From Prochlorococcus sp. AG-402-K22 (lineage in GTDB: Bacteria > Cyanobacteriota > Cyanobacteriia > PCC-6307 > Cyanobiaceae), in NCBI GenBank assembly GCA_003216755.1, contig QCIJ01000007.1:10190-74189 (forward strand): a stretch of 64,000 nt of DNA, read 5' to 3'. Below the pieces are notes generated by a model, which did no database searches, had not been told where the DNA came from, and worked only from the letters and a program-made list of their open reading frames with translations. A program made the position numbers and the translations under genes. This document shows, piece by piece, positions 40,764 to 50,028 of this stretch (the stretch's first letter is position 1; each line of letters begins with the position of its first letter).

Positions 40764-40848
40764 CGGAGAGGGTGGGATTCGAACCCACGAATAGTTTCCT
40801 ATTAAACGATTTCGAGTCGTTCGCTTTCAACCACTCAGCCACCTCTCC
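40764..40848 (-). tRNA. tRNA-Ser(CGA)
   Basis: Reverse complement GGAGAGGTGGCTGAGTGGTTGAAAGCG-AACGA CT CGA AA TCGTT-long variable arm-GTGGGTTCGAATCCCAC-CCTCTCCG; no encoded CCA. Confidence 0.97.
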
Positions 40849-40910
40849 GCCTGTTTATAAGTATGCACGTAATAAAGAAAAAATTATGAACTATATAATT
40901 ATCTTAATTT

Positions 40911-41933
40911 TCAATTCCAACCTGCATCTTTCATCAATTTAATAGCTAAAGAATTTTTTTCTCCAAGTTCTTCAACAGTTACACTATCAGGCCTAAACTC
41001 TCCAAAGTTCTTTACTATTTCATTCTGATTAACTTCTTTCAAAGGATGTTCAAAAGTTGGAGCAGCTAAACCCTTACTTCCTTCAGGAGATGCCAAGAAT
41101 TCAAGCAACTCAATAGCTTCATTTTTATTTGTTGCATATTTTGCAAGACCACCAGCACTAATGTTTACGTGAGCAGGATTTGGAGTTAGGACCTTTGTTT
41201 TTTTTGCATACAAAGCATCTCTTCTTCCATTAACACCAGCTAACATTCTTGCGACGTAATAATGATTAACAATTCCTACTCCACATTTTTTCTTTGAAAC
41301 TGCTCTTATTATTGCTATATCTCCTGGAAAAAAAGGTTTCGAAACGTTTGAAATCAATCGGTTTAGCCAAGCTTTAGTTTCTGGTTCACCTTTGTTAATT
41401 ATTTGATTAGCAACTAGAGATTGATTATATGGACTTTTTCTATTTCTTAAACATACTTTCCCTTTTAAGGAAGGATCTGCCAAATCAGAGTAATCATTAA
41501 TCTTACTAACATCTACCACTTTTGGATTGGCTATCATAACCCTAACTCTTCTTGTTAATGCATACCATTCCTTATTTGGATCTTTTAATCCAATAGGAAC
41601 ATCATTTTCTAAATTAGAAGATTCTATTGGTTGCAGTAATCCAGCTTTAGCAGCATTAGTAATTCTTGCGGCATCTACTAGCAATATTAAATCTGCTTGA
41701 GAATTCTTCCCTTCTCTTTTCAATCTTTCGATTAAAGAAATTCCTGCTGCCTCTATAAGCCTAACTTTAATTCCTGTTTCTTCTGCAAACTTTTTATAAA
41801 TAATTCTATCTGTGTTGTAATGCCTACCCGAGTATACTTTGACTTCTTTTTCTGTTGAATTGACTGGAATATTTACATTCATTAAAAATGTACATGTTAG
41901 TGCTGAGTAAAATAATTTTTTGAATTTTTGCAC
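40911..41933 (-). CDS. futA: Fe(III) ABC transporter substrate-binding protein FutA/IdiA
   Basis: VYSGRHY, ALTRRVR, YNQSLVA, GIVNHYY, HVNISAGG. Confidence 0.95.
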   Translation of the reverse strand: MQKFKKLFYSALTCTFLMNVNIPVNSTEKEVKVYSGRHYNTDRIIYKKFAEETGIKVRLIEAAGISLIERLKREGKNSQADLILLVDAARITNAAKAGLLQPIESSNLENDVPIGLKDPNKEWYALTRRVRVMIANPKVVDVSKINDYSDLADPSLKGKVCLRNRKSPYNQSLVANQIINKGEPETKAWLNRLISNVSKPFFPGDIAIIRAVSKKKCGVGIVNHYYVARMLAGVNGRRDALYAKKTKVLTPNPAHVNISAGGLAKYATNKNEAIELLEFLASPEGSKGLAAPTFEHPLKEVNQNEIVKNFGEFRPDSVTVEELGEKNSLAIKLMKDAGWN

Positions 41934-42029
41934 TTTTTCAAATTAGTATCTATGGTTACTTTATACCTATCAAAACTGATAAAACTCTAAAAGCGATCTT
42001 CTTTACATAAAGATGTATCATTTTTTATA

Positions 42030-42701
42030 GTGCATATGAATTATTTAACTCAACAGTTATTAAATGCTGAAGAAATCAACCTAATAAAAAAAGATTTAGA
42101 GGATGAAACTCAAAATTGGGAAGACGGGGGGAAAACTGCCGGCAGTCATGCCACATTGGTAAAAAATAATTTGCAATTAAATAGAAATTCTGAAGTATCA
42201 AAAAAATACTCACAATTAGTTAAAAGAAAGATCCTTTCTAACAAATTAATAAAAAGTTTTTCTTTACCGAAACATATTCATGGAATCATGTTCACTAAAT
42301 CCTCAAAAGGGATGAGCTATGGAAGACATATAGATAATGCATATATGTCATCTGGTAGGGCTGATTTATCCTTCACAATTTTTCTTTCAGAAAAAAGCCA
42401 ATACGAAGGAGGTCAACTAATTATTGAAAATCTTACTTCAGAAAGCAAATTTAAACTTAATATAGGAGAAATTATTATTTATCCAAGCACATATTTACAT
42501 TCAATTAAAGAGGTTCTCAAGGGTGAGAGAGTAGTATGTGTTGGATGGATTGAAAGCTATGTGAAAAGTATTGAAGAAAGAGAATATTTATTCGATTTAG
42601 ACGCAGGTGCAAGAAGTTTACTGGCAAAACATGGCAGATCTGACGAACTTGATCTGGTTTTTAAATCTTATTCGAATCTCCTAAGAGTTATGGGGGATTG
42701 A
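42030..42701 (+). CDS. piuC: PiuC/YbiX PKHD-type Fe(II)/2OG hydroxylase
   Basis: WEDGGKTAG, KNNLQL, YGRHIDN, RADLSFTIFL, YPSTYLH, YSNLLR. Confidence 0.9.
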   Translation: MHMNYLTQQLLNAEEINLIKKDLEDETQNWEDGGKTAGSHATLVKNNLQLNRNSEVSKKYSQLVKRKILSNKLIKSFSLPKHIHGIMFTKSSKGMSYGRHIDNAYMSSGRADLSFTIFLSEKSQYEGGQLIIENLTSESKFKLNIGEIIIYPSTYLHSIKEVLKGERVVCVGWIESYVKSIEEREYLFDLDAGARSLLAKHGRSDELDLVFKSYSNLLRVMGD

Positions 42702-42775
42702 CAAAGAATCATTTTATACAACAAAAAGAATATTAGTTTGAAATTGGTTATTATTTTAACAACCATATTTTTCGA

Positions 42776-43015
42776 ATGCCAAAAAAAAGTTCGATCGCAA
42801 TTTTTATAGCAGCTACAAGCGCATTAGCCATTTCAGCGGCAGATACTAATTCAGTTAAATCAGGTGAAAATGATTTAGGTGGATTAAAAGAATGGAATAC
42901 TGATATGCCTCTAGATGCAGATTTCAAATTAGATGCCGCGGCTCAAAGAATAGCTGATGAAGCTGCGAAATCAAGTTCTTGTATACCAATAGGAGAAGGA
43001 GAAAACTGCTGGTAA
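42776..43015 (+). CDS. Small secreted protein with C-terminal CIPIGEGENCW motif
   Basis: 79 aa with signal peptide; followed by a strong terminator. Confidence 0.8.
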   Translation: MPKKSSIAIFIAATSALAISAADTNSVKSGENDLGGLKEWNTDMPLDADFKLDAAAQRIADEAAKSSSCIPIGEGENCW

Positions 43016-43026
43016 ATTGTTATTAG

Positions 43027-43060
43027 AAAAAAAAATGCCCCTAGAATTAGGGGCATTTTT
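43027..43060. terminator. Bidirectional intrinsic terminator
   Basis: A-tract, ATGCCCCTA GAAT TAGGGGCAT, T-tract, between convergent genes. Confidence 0.9.
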
Positions 43061-43074
43061 GTGTCTCATCCAAA

Positions 43075-44325
43075 TTAGAATTTGAATGTGGTTTGCAAAA
43101 GATAACCTGTCATGTCTGTTTCAACATTATTGGAATTCTTTGAAGTTCCACCAAATATTGTAGGAGTTATTGTCACTGAATCATTTACCTTATATTTGTA
43201 ATAAATTTCATATAAGAAAGGATCAATTGTTTCCCCTTCAACTTTTTGTGGCTGTCCAAACGCTAAACCAATTTTGTCATCGGCGTTGATTACGTCTGTC
43301 CAATTTAAGCCTACAAAATAAGCAGTTGTATTTGAATTGGTTGCTGCATCTGTTTCTGATGTGTCATAACCTACAGAAATCGAAGGCATTGCAATTGAGG
43401 AATCAGTTGGCCTCCACCAACCTCTTAAACCTATGTTGGTACTACTACCATCACCATCTCTTTCTGTTCCATCCGCTGACTGGAAATAAGAATCTGTCCA
43501 ACCATTATACTTCTGATTAACTATTGCCGAAACAGAATAATTATCCTGCGTGTATCCAACTTGTGTTGCCCAACTTACTTTGGAGTCAGCTAAGATTGGA
43601 TTTTTTGATGTAATGTTAGAGCTTACTGCAAAACCGTTATCTGCTTTATATGACCAACCACCTCCAGGACTTGTACTTGCACCATAAGCTGCTGCGTTAC
43701 CACCAAGAGTAAATGCCTTTAGTACTGGTTCATAAATTGAAGGAGTTGTAGCATGCATATAATAATTTTCAATCTTTGGACCGATAGTTATTGTATGATT
43801 TTCGCCAACTGGTGTTGTGTACCAAAGTTTATCAACTCTTAGTTCATCTCCGTTACCATTTCCCGAGCTTAGATAAGTGTTGTAAACAGATTTTGTTTTG
43901 GACCAAGAAGAATGATTTCCTGTTTTGATCCTCGTATAGAGGTTATCATCACCAGTGAAACTTGTGTTTAAGTTCAATGTATAAGTGTACATGAACTCAG
44001 TTGTGCCATCGTAAGTGTCATCATCAGTATCAACACTACCTACATCAAAAACTGCTTTACCGCTTAAAACTGTTGTGTCGGAAAAGCTACCAGCTTCAAA
44101 TTCATTTTGCTGAGCTTCTAGGCCATCAAGTCGACCTTTCATAATTGCTAGATCTTCACTAACTTCGTTAATGAATGTGTTACTATCGAACCTTTGAACT
44201 TTTGAACTACTACGTGAATAGTTATTCATCTCTTCAAGATTCACAGTGTCAGAAGCTTGTGCTGCCAAAGGAGAAATTAAACTTAAAGCAGAACCAGCAA
44301 CCAACAATTTTTGGAAGAGTTTCAT
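43075..44325 (-). CDS. som: Cyanobacterial Som-type outer membrane porin
   Basis: MKLFQKLL signal, GRLDGLEA..FEAGSFSDTT, LNLNTSFTGDDNLY, terminal TTFKF. Confidence 0.92.
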   Translation of the reverse strand: MKLFQKLLVAGSALSLISPLAAQASDTVNLEEMNNYSRSSSKVQRFDSNTFINEVSEDLAIMKGRLDGLEAQQNEFEAGSFSDTTVLSGKAVFDVGSVDTDDDTYDGTTEFMYTYTLNLNTSFTGDDNLYTRIKTGNHSSWSKTKSVYNTYLSSGNGNGDELRVDKLWYTTPVGENHTITIGPKIENYYMHATTPSIYEPVLKAFTLGGNAAAYGASTSPGGGWSYKADNGFAVSSNITSKNPILADSKVSWATQVGYTQDNYSVSAIVNQKYNGWTDSYFQSADGTERDGDGSSTNIGLRGWWRPTDSSIAMPSISVGYDTSETDAATNSNTTAYFVGLNWTDVINADDKIGLAFGQPQKVEGETIDPFLYEIYYKYKVNDSVTITPTIFGGTSKNSNNVETDMTGYLLQTTFKF

Positions 44326-44329
44326 TTTA

Positions 44330-44337
44330 CCTCACAC
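44330..44337 (-). promoter_or_regulatory. Putative Yfr1 sRNA pairing site over the porin ribosome-binding region
   Basis: mRNA-sense GTGTGAGG 4 nt before the ATG is complementary to CCUCACAC within the conserved Yfr1 motif ACUCCUCACAC. Confidence 0.7.
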
Positions 44338-44417
44338 TAAAAAAACCCAATAAAAATGGGTAACTATACTGTATCGACCGCAACAAAAAAGGAAAGAAAT
44401 ATAAGTTTCAATTTGAT

Positions 44418-44431
44418 GTAACTTTTGATAC
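44418..44431. promoter_or_regulatory. Putative NtcA site upstream of the porin gene
   Basis: GTA-ACTTTTGA-TAC is an exact GTA-N8-TAC; candidate -10 TATAGT on the minus strand at 44368-44363 (spacing not the canonical class II). Confidence 0.5.
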
Positions 44432-44471
44432 TAACAATTTTTTGTATGTATTTATAAATACATGTTGGGTA

Positions 44472-45341
44472 CTAATTTTTTATTAATGGAAATTTAAGAA
44501 ATTCTCTTTCATCTACCCATGATGATGCAACTTTTCTTGCTAATTTTCGAATCTTTTCAATATATTGTGCACGATCTGTCACCGAGATAACTCCCCTTGC
44601 ATCAAGTAAATTAAAGGTATGACTGCATTTCAGAACAAAATCAAGAGCAGGATAAGTTAATTTCTTTTCGATTAAATTATTTGCCTCAGCTTGGTAAATT
44701 TCAAATAATTTTCTGAGATTATCAGCACTAGATTCAGTAAAATTATAAGAGCATTGACTTTTTTCAAATTGAAGCCAAATATCGCTATATTTCAAATCTT
44801 TGTTCCAATTTAAGTCCCAGATACTTTCCTTATCCTGCAAAAACATTGCAATCCTCTCTAATCCATAAGTGATTTCAATTGGGATTGGATTACAATCTAT
44901 ACCCCCGCATTGTTGGAAATAAGTAAATTGAGTAACTTCCATTCCGTCCAACCAAACTTCCCAACCTACACCCCAGGCTCCAAGTGTTGGAGACTCCCAA
45001 TTATCTTCCACAAATCTTATGTCATGATCTCTAGGATTAATTCCAAGAGATTCTAAGGATGTTAAATATTTTTCCTGGATTCCTTCTGGTGAAGGTTTAA
45101 TTATTACTTGATATTGAAAGTAATGTTGTGCCCTATTCGGATTATCACCAAAACGCCCATCTGTAGGTCTTCTACATGGCTCTGCATATGCCACACTCCA
45201 AGGCTCAGGTCCAATAGCCCTCAAAAAAGTATGCGGATTCATTGTTCCAGCACCCTTTTCGGTGTCATAAGGCTGCATAATCAAACAACCTTCTTTTGAC
45301 CAAAAATTATTTAATTTTTGAATTATATCCTGAAAAAACAT
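44472..45341 (-). CDS. glyQ: Glycyl-tRNA synthetase alpha subunit
   Basis: [31 protein letters not shown]. Confidence 0.98.
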   Translation of the reverse strand: MFFQDIIQKLNNFWSKEGCLIMQPYDTEKGAGTMNPHTFLRAIGPEPWSVAYAEPCRRPTDGRFGDNPNRAQHYFQYQVIIKPSPEGIQEKYLTSLESLGINPRDHDIRFVEDNWESPTLGAWGVGWEVWLDGMEVTQFTYFQQCGGIDCNPIPIEITYGLERIAMFLQDKESIWDLNWNKDLKYSDIWLQFEKSQCSYNFTESSADNLRKLFEIYQAEANNLIEKKLTYPALDFVLKCSHTFNLLDARGVISVTDRAQYIEKIRKLARKVASSWVDEREFLKFPLIKN

Positions 45342-45498
45342 TAAATTAAAATGGTGGAAAAATTTAAATCAGTGCTGGTAGTCATAATAATGAAGCTCTA
45401 AAGTAATAATATTTTTAAGTCCAAATTCTCAAAAATATCATCCGATAAAAAGCTGTCATTAGATTAGATCCTTGATAAAAACATAAATGAGGAATTAA

Positions 45499-45885
45499 TT
45501 ATGTAAAAAAATCTAATGGCAATGGTCCAAAAGTATTAGATTCTTTAGCATTTTCATTATACTGACATGTTATTAAAATTCCTTCGCCGAGACCATTTTC
45601 AGATCTGACAAAAACATTACCAGATTTTTGATTAGCTTTTAAAAAAACACCTCCATCAGCATGAAGGGAACTAAGATTCCCAAATTTAATTGAGGAATAT
45701 TTCTTAGAAATTGATTTTAATGATTCAATAGCTCCATTATCACTAGGTGCCATTATTCCTACTGTTATCCAATCGGCATTAAAAATTTTTTCTTCTACTT
45801 CCTCTAAAAGTTTTTTTTCTTGACTATTACTTAATTGAGGCGCAGTTCTAAGATTATTTAAATCGACTAATTTTTTTATTTCCAT
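45499..45885 (-). CDS. DUF1824-like conserved protein
   Basis: WITVGIMA, GGVFLKANQKSG, FGPLPLDFF. Confidence 0.75.
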   Translation of the reverse strand: MEIKKLVDLNNLRTAPQLSNSQEKKLLEEVEEKIFNADWITVGIMAPSDNGAIESLKSISKKYSSIKFGNLSSLHADGGVFLKANQKSGNVFVRSENGLGEGILITCQYNENAKESNTFGPLPLDFFT

Positions 45886-45906
45886 TAGCTTTATACCTAA
45901 AAATTC

Positions 45907-46239
45907 TTACCCAAATGTCCTTCCATTCCAAGCCCACAATGAAGCTGGCACATCTTCAAAAGAAATATAAATCCTATCAATTGGGATCCCCATTTTCTCA
46001 TATACAAAATCTGATATTGGCTTTGCCATTTCTGAAGGATTTAGAGACCCTATCGATTTGATTTCTAAAAAGCAAGAAGGTGTCTCATCATCAAAATACA
46101 TTTGGCAATTATCATCTATTTTCGCCATAACAAATCTTTTTGATTTCTTAGTTAAAGATGAAATTAGAATTGAAATTTCTTCGAGAAATTTATCTTTATC
46201 ATTTACTTTTTCTGAGGTAGAAACATTGATATAAGGCAT
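45907..46239 (-). CDS. MIF/tautomerase family protein
   Basis: N-terminal catalytic Pro (MPYINV), KSIG, WAWNGRTF. Confidence 0.9.
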   Translation of the reverse strand: MPYINVSTSEKVNDKDKFLEEISILISSLTKKSKRFVMAKIDDNCQMYFDDETPSCFLEIKSIGSLNPSEMAKPISDFVYEKMGIPIDRIYISFEDVPASLWAWNGRTFG

Positions 46240-46241
46240 AT

Positions 46242-46412
46242 TTATGCAGCTAAATAATCTTTTTGGTAATCACCTTCTAAATGAACAGTTTTAGATTTTT
46301 GGACTTTTTTTGATGACAAATATGTCATATCATATGAGCTTATTCCGTTTTTATAGGGATTGAAAAGGGCATTTTTAGATCTACTTTTTTTGCTCTTTTT
46401 GAATTCAATCAT
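46242..46412 (-). CDS. Small basic hypothetical protein, 56 aa
   Basis: Manual translation MIEFKKSKKSRSKNALFNPYKNGISSYDMTYLSSKKVQKSKTVHLEGDYQKDYLAA*; stop lies 2 nt before the MIF ATG. Confidence 0.6.
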   Translation of the reverse strand: MIEFKKSKKSRSKNALFNPYKNGISSYDMTYLSSKKVQKSKTVHLEGDYQKDYLAA

Positions 46413-46567
46413 TTTTAATTAAATTATTAACCAATAATTTAACTTTTTTTGAATATATGTCTAGGTTTTTTCAAAATTTTTTAATTAATTAGATATAAAA
46501 AACCTATCTAAATCACACTATAAATTACTATTTATTAAATTTAAGTTACATCTAAATAATAATTGTT

Positions 46568-47206
46568 TTGGAAGTTTTAAATAATTATCAAAGAAAAAAA
46601 CTTGATGAAACTAATGATGAAGAATTTTATTCTGACCCAAAATTTGTTTATCATCTAGATGCAAATTTCAGACAAAATTTATCGAATGTTTATAAAAATG
46701 AAATTACAGATTATTCAACTGTCCTTGATTTAATGTCCAGTTGGGACAGTTATTTACCTTTAGAAAAAAAATACAAAAAAGTTATTGGGCATGGATTAAA
46801 CAAACAAGAACTTGAAAAAAACAAAATTTTTGATTCTTTTTGGATACAAAATTTCAATTTAAATCAAGAAATTCCTCTTGATAGCCGAAGTGTTGATTAT
46901 TGTTTAATGGTGGCTGCATGGCAATATTTACAATATCCAGAGAATTTAACTAAAGAAATCGCAAGGATTTTGAATGTTGAGGGCAAATTTATAATTGCTT
47001 TTTCAAATAGAGCATTTTGGCATAAGGCTCCAAATATATGGACAACTTCTACTGAGGAAGAGAGAATCAATTATGTAAGAAAAGTATTAATCACAAACGG
47101 ATTTAATGAACCAAATATTATTAAAAAATTTAATCAATCGGCCCTCAGTATCTTTAATTTTTTAAATAAAGATCCTTTTTATTGTTTAATAGCAACTAAA
47201 GAGTAG
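46568..47206 (+). CDS. Class I SAM-dependent methyltransferase
   Basis: DEEFYSDPKFVYHLD, LDLMSSW, GHGLN, FSNR. Confidence 0.88.
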   Translation: MEVLNNYQRKKLDETNDEEFYSDPKFVYHLDANFRQNLSNVYKNEITDYSTVLDLMSSWDSYLPLEKKYKKVIGHGLNKQELEKNKIFDSFWIQNFNLNQEIPLDSRSVDYCLMVAAWQYLQYPENLTKEIARILNVEGKFIIAFSNRAFWHKAPNIWTTSTEEERINYVRKVLITNGFNEPNIIKKFNQSALSIFNFLNKDPFYCLIATKE

Positions 47207-47314
47207 ATAAATCCTATATCAAATTGGGGAGATAATAAAAAAGCTATATAAAACCGTGGTCCATAGCCATATATTTAAATTTTTACTAATATTGGATAGT
47301 TCAAATTTAAAAGT

Positions 47315-47560
47315 ATGGGTTCTAAAAGAGAAAAATATCCAGAAAAATGCCCTTGGGACCTAGGTCCTAATCAACACTTAGCTAAAGAAGAAAATTGGAC
47401 TTTAAGATTAGGTGAAGCAAATGTATGCTTTAGTAAAAACAAATTAGATAATAATTACTTTCATGTAATAAGTAATGAAAATGAAGAGCAAATTTTAGCC
47501 TTTAGAGCAAGGCTTCTTTATCAAAAACTACTTGATAAAGGATTTAGATTGGTTGAATAA
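47315..47560 (+). CDS. Hypothetical protein
   Basis: 81-aa ATG ORF filling the intergenic space. Confidence 0.6.
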   Translation: MGSKREKYPEKCPWDLGPNQHLAKEENWTLRLGEANVCFSKNKLDNNYFHVISNENEEQILAFRARLLYQKLLDKGFRLVE

Positions 47561-47566
47561 AGTAAT

Positions 47567-48220
47567 CTAGTTCAAGAAACTTATTTCTTCAAAAACAAAT
47601 TTCTGTATTTCTTCTTCATGGTCTTCATTTAAGTATTTTATTGTTCTTGAATTCAAAATCCAATCATTATTTGTACTTATATTTATAAATTCATCTCTAT
47701 ATCTTAATTTTTGAGAATTCGGTTTAAGAGTATTCGGGTCAATTTGTTGACTAGTGTAATTTTTACTAAGTAAACCTTCACCTGTATCTAAAAACTCCTC
47801 AACAAAAATTTCTATTATAGTCCCATGGATTTTTCTATAAACCATATTTATACCCTGATCCTTGACCCTATATTTATCTCCATCATTTTTCCCTGAGACT
47901 TTCATTTCTATTCCACTTTCAGAACTCTTTATTAGATTAAAATTATTCTCTGAATGGATAGAGTGAAAATCTCTTCTTACTCTATGAATTGAAACTTCAA
48001 ACAATTGAGAAGCAATACTTTTAACAATATTCTGATCATCTATTTTTTTAATATTTGGTTTAAAATCTTTGCCTAATAAGAAACTACCTTCATGAATAGT
48101 ATTTTTATTAATAAAAGTGCATTTACCTTGGTAACCATTAAAATCGTTTTCCCAGGTGTACCTATTTTCATAAGCCTTTCGAAAAATTTCCTTGCAATTA
48201 ATTTCTCTTAGCTTCTCCAT
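47567..48220 (-). CDS. DUF3386-like conserved protein
   Basis: FRKAYENRYTW, SQLFEVSIHRVRR. Confidence 0.8.
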   Translation of the reverse strand: MEKLREINCKEIFRKAYENRYTWENDFNGYQGKCTFINKNTIHEGSFLLGKDFKPNIKKIDDQNIVKSIASQLFEVSIHRVRRDFHSIHSENNFNLIKSSESGIEMKVSGKNDGDKYRVKDQGINMVYRKIHGTIIEIFVEEFLDTGEGLLSKNYTSQQIDPNTLKPNSQKLRYRDEFINISTNNDWILNSRTIKYLNEDHEEEIQKFVFEEISFLN

Positions 48221-48252
48221 AAATTTTTATAAACGTTTAGAAATAATTCTAC

Positions 48253-48289
48253 AAAAAAAACCTCTCTATATATGAGAGAGAGGTTTTTT
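48253..48289 (-). terminator. Intrinsic terminator after pcb
   Basis: A-tract, CCTCTCT..AGAGAGG, T-tract. Confidence 0.75.
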
Positions 48290-48300
48290 ATTAAATTAAA

Positions 48301-49359
48301 CTAATTTTGAGTAATTTTTGTATTTTCTATGTTGTCAAATGCTTGGCCGATTTTCTTAAAGTCAAATCCCATAGCTCTTAATGCGTGCCAAAGATGACCT
48401 TGTAAGAAAAAGAAGCCTAAATAGAAATGAGTATTCGCAAGCCAAGCCCTTGAGCTGTAAGCTCCTGAACCTAAATCAACCGTATCAGTAAAATAAGGTG
48501 CAAATTCAAATTGAAGCTTTAAAGGCTCTCCATATAAATCAACTGGATATATAGTTGTGTTTGAAGCACACCAAAAGGCAGCTACAAAAGCCATATAAGA
48601 AACACCAACTACTGAGTAAGACAATATTGCCTCAGCTCCAAGTAATCCTTTACCTTTAAATTCTGTATATTCTCCAAATTGTTTAGTACAAATATGGAAA
48701 ACACCTCCAATTATTTCAAGGAAAGCGAGAAAAGCGTGTCCTCCCATGACATCCTCTAGACTATCAATTTTTAAAAAATCAAATTGATGATTCCAAATAG
48801 CTGCAATATCTAAATTGTAGACAACTTGTCTTGTAGATCCAATTGCAGGATCGTAAATTCCATGAATTCGCGCCCACTCCACGAACATTATTGCTCCAAG
48901 ACCAAGAAAAATTAGATGATGGCCAAGAATAAAAGTTAATTTATCAGGATCATCCCACTCAAAATCGAATTTCTGAGGCTTACTATTTTCTGGATAGTCT
49001 CCAAGATCACCTGCAAATTTATTGGAATGCAGTAATCCACCAGCACCTAATACTGCTGAAAAAATTAGATGTAATGTGCAAATTACAACAATTCCGTATG
49101 GTTCTGTAATTACACCATTTTCAACGCCTCCAATTCCAATACCCGCTAGGTGAGGCAAAACAATTGCTTTCTGTGCACCCATTGGAATACTGGCGTCGTA
49201 ACGAGCTAGTTCGAATAATCCAAAAGCTCCTGCCCAGAACATCATTAATCCTGCATGGGCAGCATGAGCTGCTATGAATTTACCTGAACGGCCAACAACA
49301 CCAGAATTTCCTGCGTACCAGTCATAGGTGACATCAGATTTTCCGTAAGTTTGTAACAC
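48301..49359 (-). CDS. pcb: Chlorophyll a/b-binding antenna protein (Pcb/IsiA family), likely the iron-stress type
   Basis: QTYG..YDWYAGN, AHAAHAGL, FLQGHLWHALRA; lacks the CP43 large loop; directly downstream of flavodoxin. Confidence 0.93.
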   Translation of the reverse strand: MLQTYGKSDVTYDWYAGNSGVVGRSGKFIAAHAAHAGLMMFWAGAFGLFELARYDASIPMGAQKAIVLPHLAGIGIGGVENGVITEPYGIVVICTLHLIFSAVLGAGGLLHSNKFAGDLGDYPENSKPQKFDFEWDDPDKLTFILGHHLIFLGLGAIMFVEWARIHGIYDPAIGSTRQVVYNLDIAAIWNHQFDFLKIDSLEDVMGGHAFLAFLEIIGGVFHICTKQFGEYTEFKGKGLLGAEAILSYSVVGVSYMAFVAAFWCASNTTIYPVDLYGEPLKLQFEFAPYFTDTVDLGSGAYSSRAWLANTHFYLGFFFLQGHLWHALRAMGFDFKKIGQAFDNIENTKITQN

Positions 49360-49503
49360 TTGATTTAAGTAAACAGCAAATTGAGCATATTGCTAATCAG
49401 TATTGTTTTTTACATGTTGTTTACAGAATTAATTACTTATGTAAAAAAAACATATTGAGAAAGAACAAATGTTACAAATCAGGAAAGTAATATCTTTGAA
49501 AGC

Positions 49504-50028
49504 TTACCCCAGTGAAGGGATTTCACCCTTTAGTTGAGAAGCCCATGTTTCAAGACGTGAATCTGTCAAATCAGATTCACTATCCTCATCTAGAGGTAAT
49601 CCACAAAAAGTTTCCCCAATGACACTTTTAGACTCATCAAATGTATATGAAGATTTATCTACATAACCAACCATTTCTGCACCTGCTTTAGTGAAATAGC
49701 TATGAAGTTCTTCCATGGCATCACAATAATTTTCTGTATAGGTAGAAGAATCTCCTAACCCAAAAATTGCAACCTTCTTTCCTGATAGACTTAATTCGCC
49801 AATATCCTCTAGGATTGAATCCCATGCAGTTCCTGATCTTTCTTCATCTGCTCCGGTGTTCCAAGTAGGAATGCCGCAGATAATTCCATCAAGTCCTTCA
49901 AATTCTGACAGATCATCTACATCAGATACGTCTTTAGGTGCTTCTGCTGAAGAGATAAAGTTGTGAAGACGATCAGCTACGTCTTCAGTTTTTCCTGTTG
50001 TAGTTGCGTAATAAATTCCTACAGTCAT
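49504..50028 (-). CDS. isiB: Flavodoxin
   Basis: YATTTGKTE, PTWNTG, FGLGDS, CGLPLDED. Confidence 0.96.
   Translation of the reverse strand: MTVGIYYATTTGKTEDVADRLHNFISSAEAPKDVSDVDDLSEFEGLDGIICGIPTWNTGADEERSGTAWDSILEDIGELSLSGKKVAIFGLGDSSTYTENYCDAMEELHSYFTKAGAEMVGYVDKSSYTFDESKSVIGETFCGLPLDEDSESDLTDSRLETWASQLKGEIPSLG

Larger units (their letters stand above)
37866..40780. mobile_element. Integrase-less mini integrative element at tRNA-Ser(CGA), about 2.9 kb (tycheposon-like)
   Basis: Exact 17-bp direct repeat CGGAGAGGGTGGGATTC at 37866-37882 and 40764-40780 (tRNA 3' end); ATCCACCAACAC pairs inside both ends; only TPR and MORN cargo. Confidence 0.85.

Noticed and set aside
49381-49430. Fur-like palindrome and TTTACA repeats upstream of pcb
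   Set aside because: Imperfect symmetry and 11-bp rather than 10-bp HLR1 spacing; too weak to call
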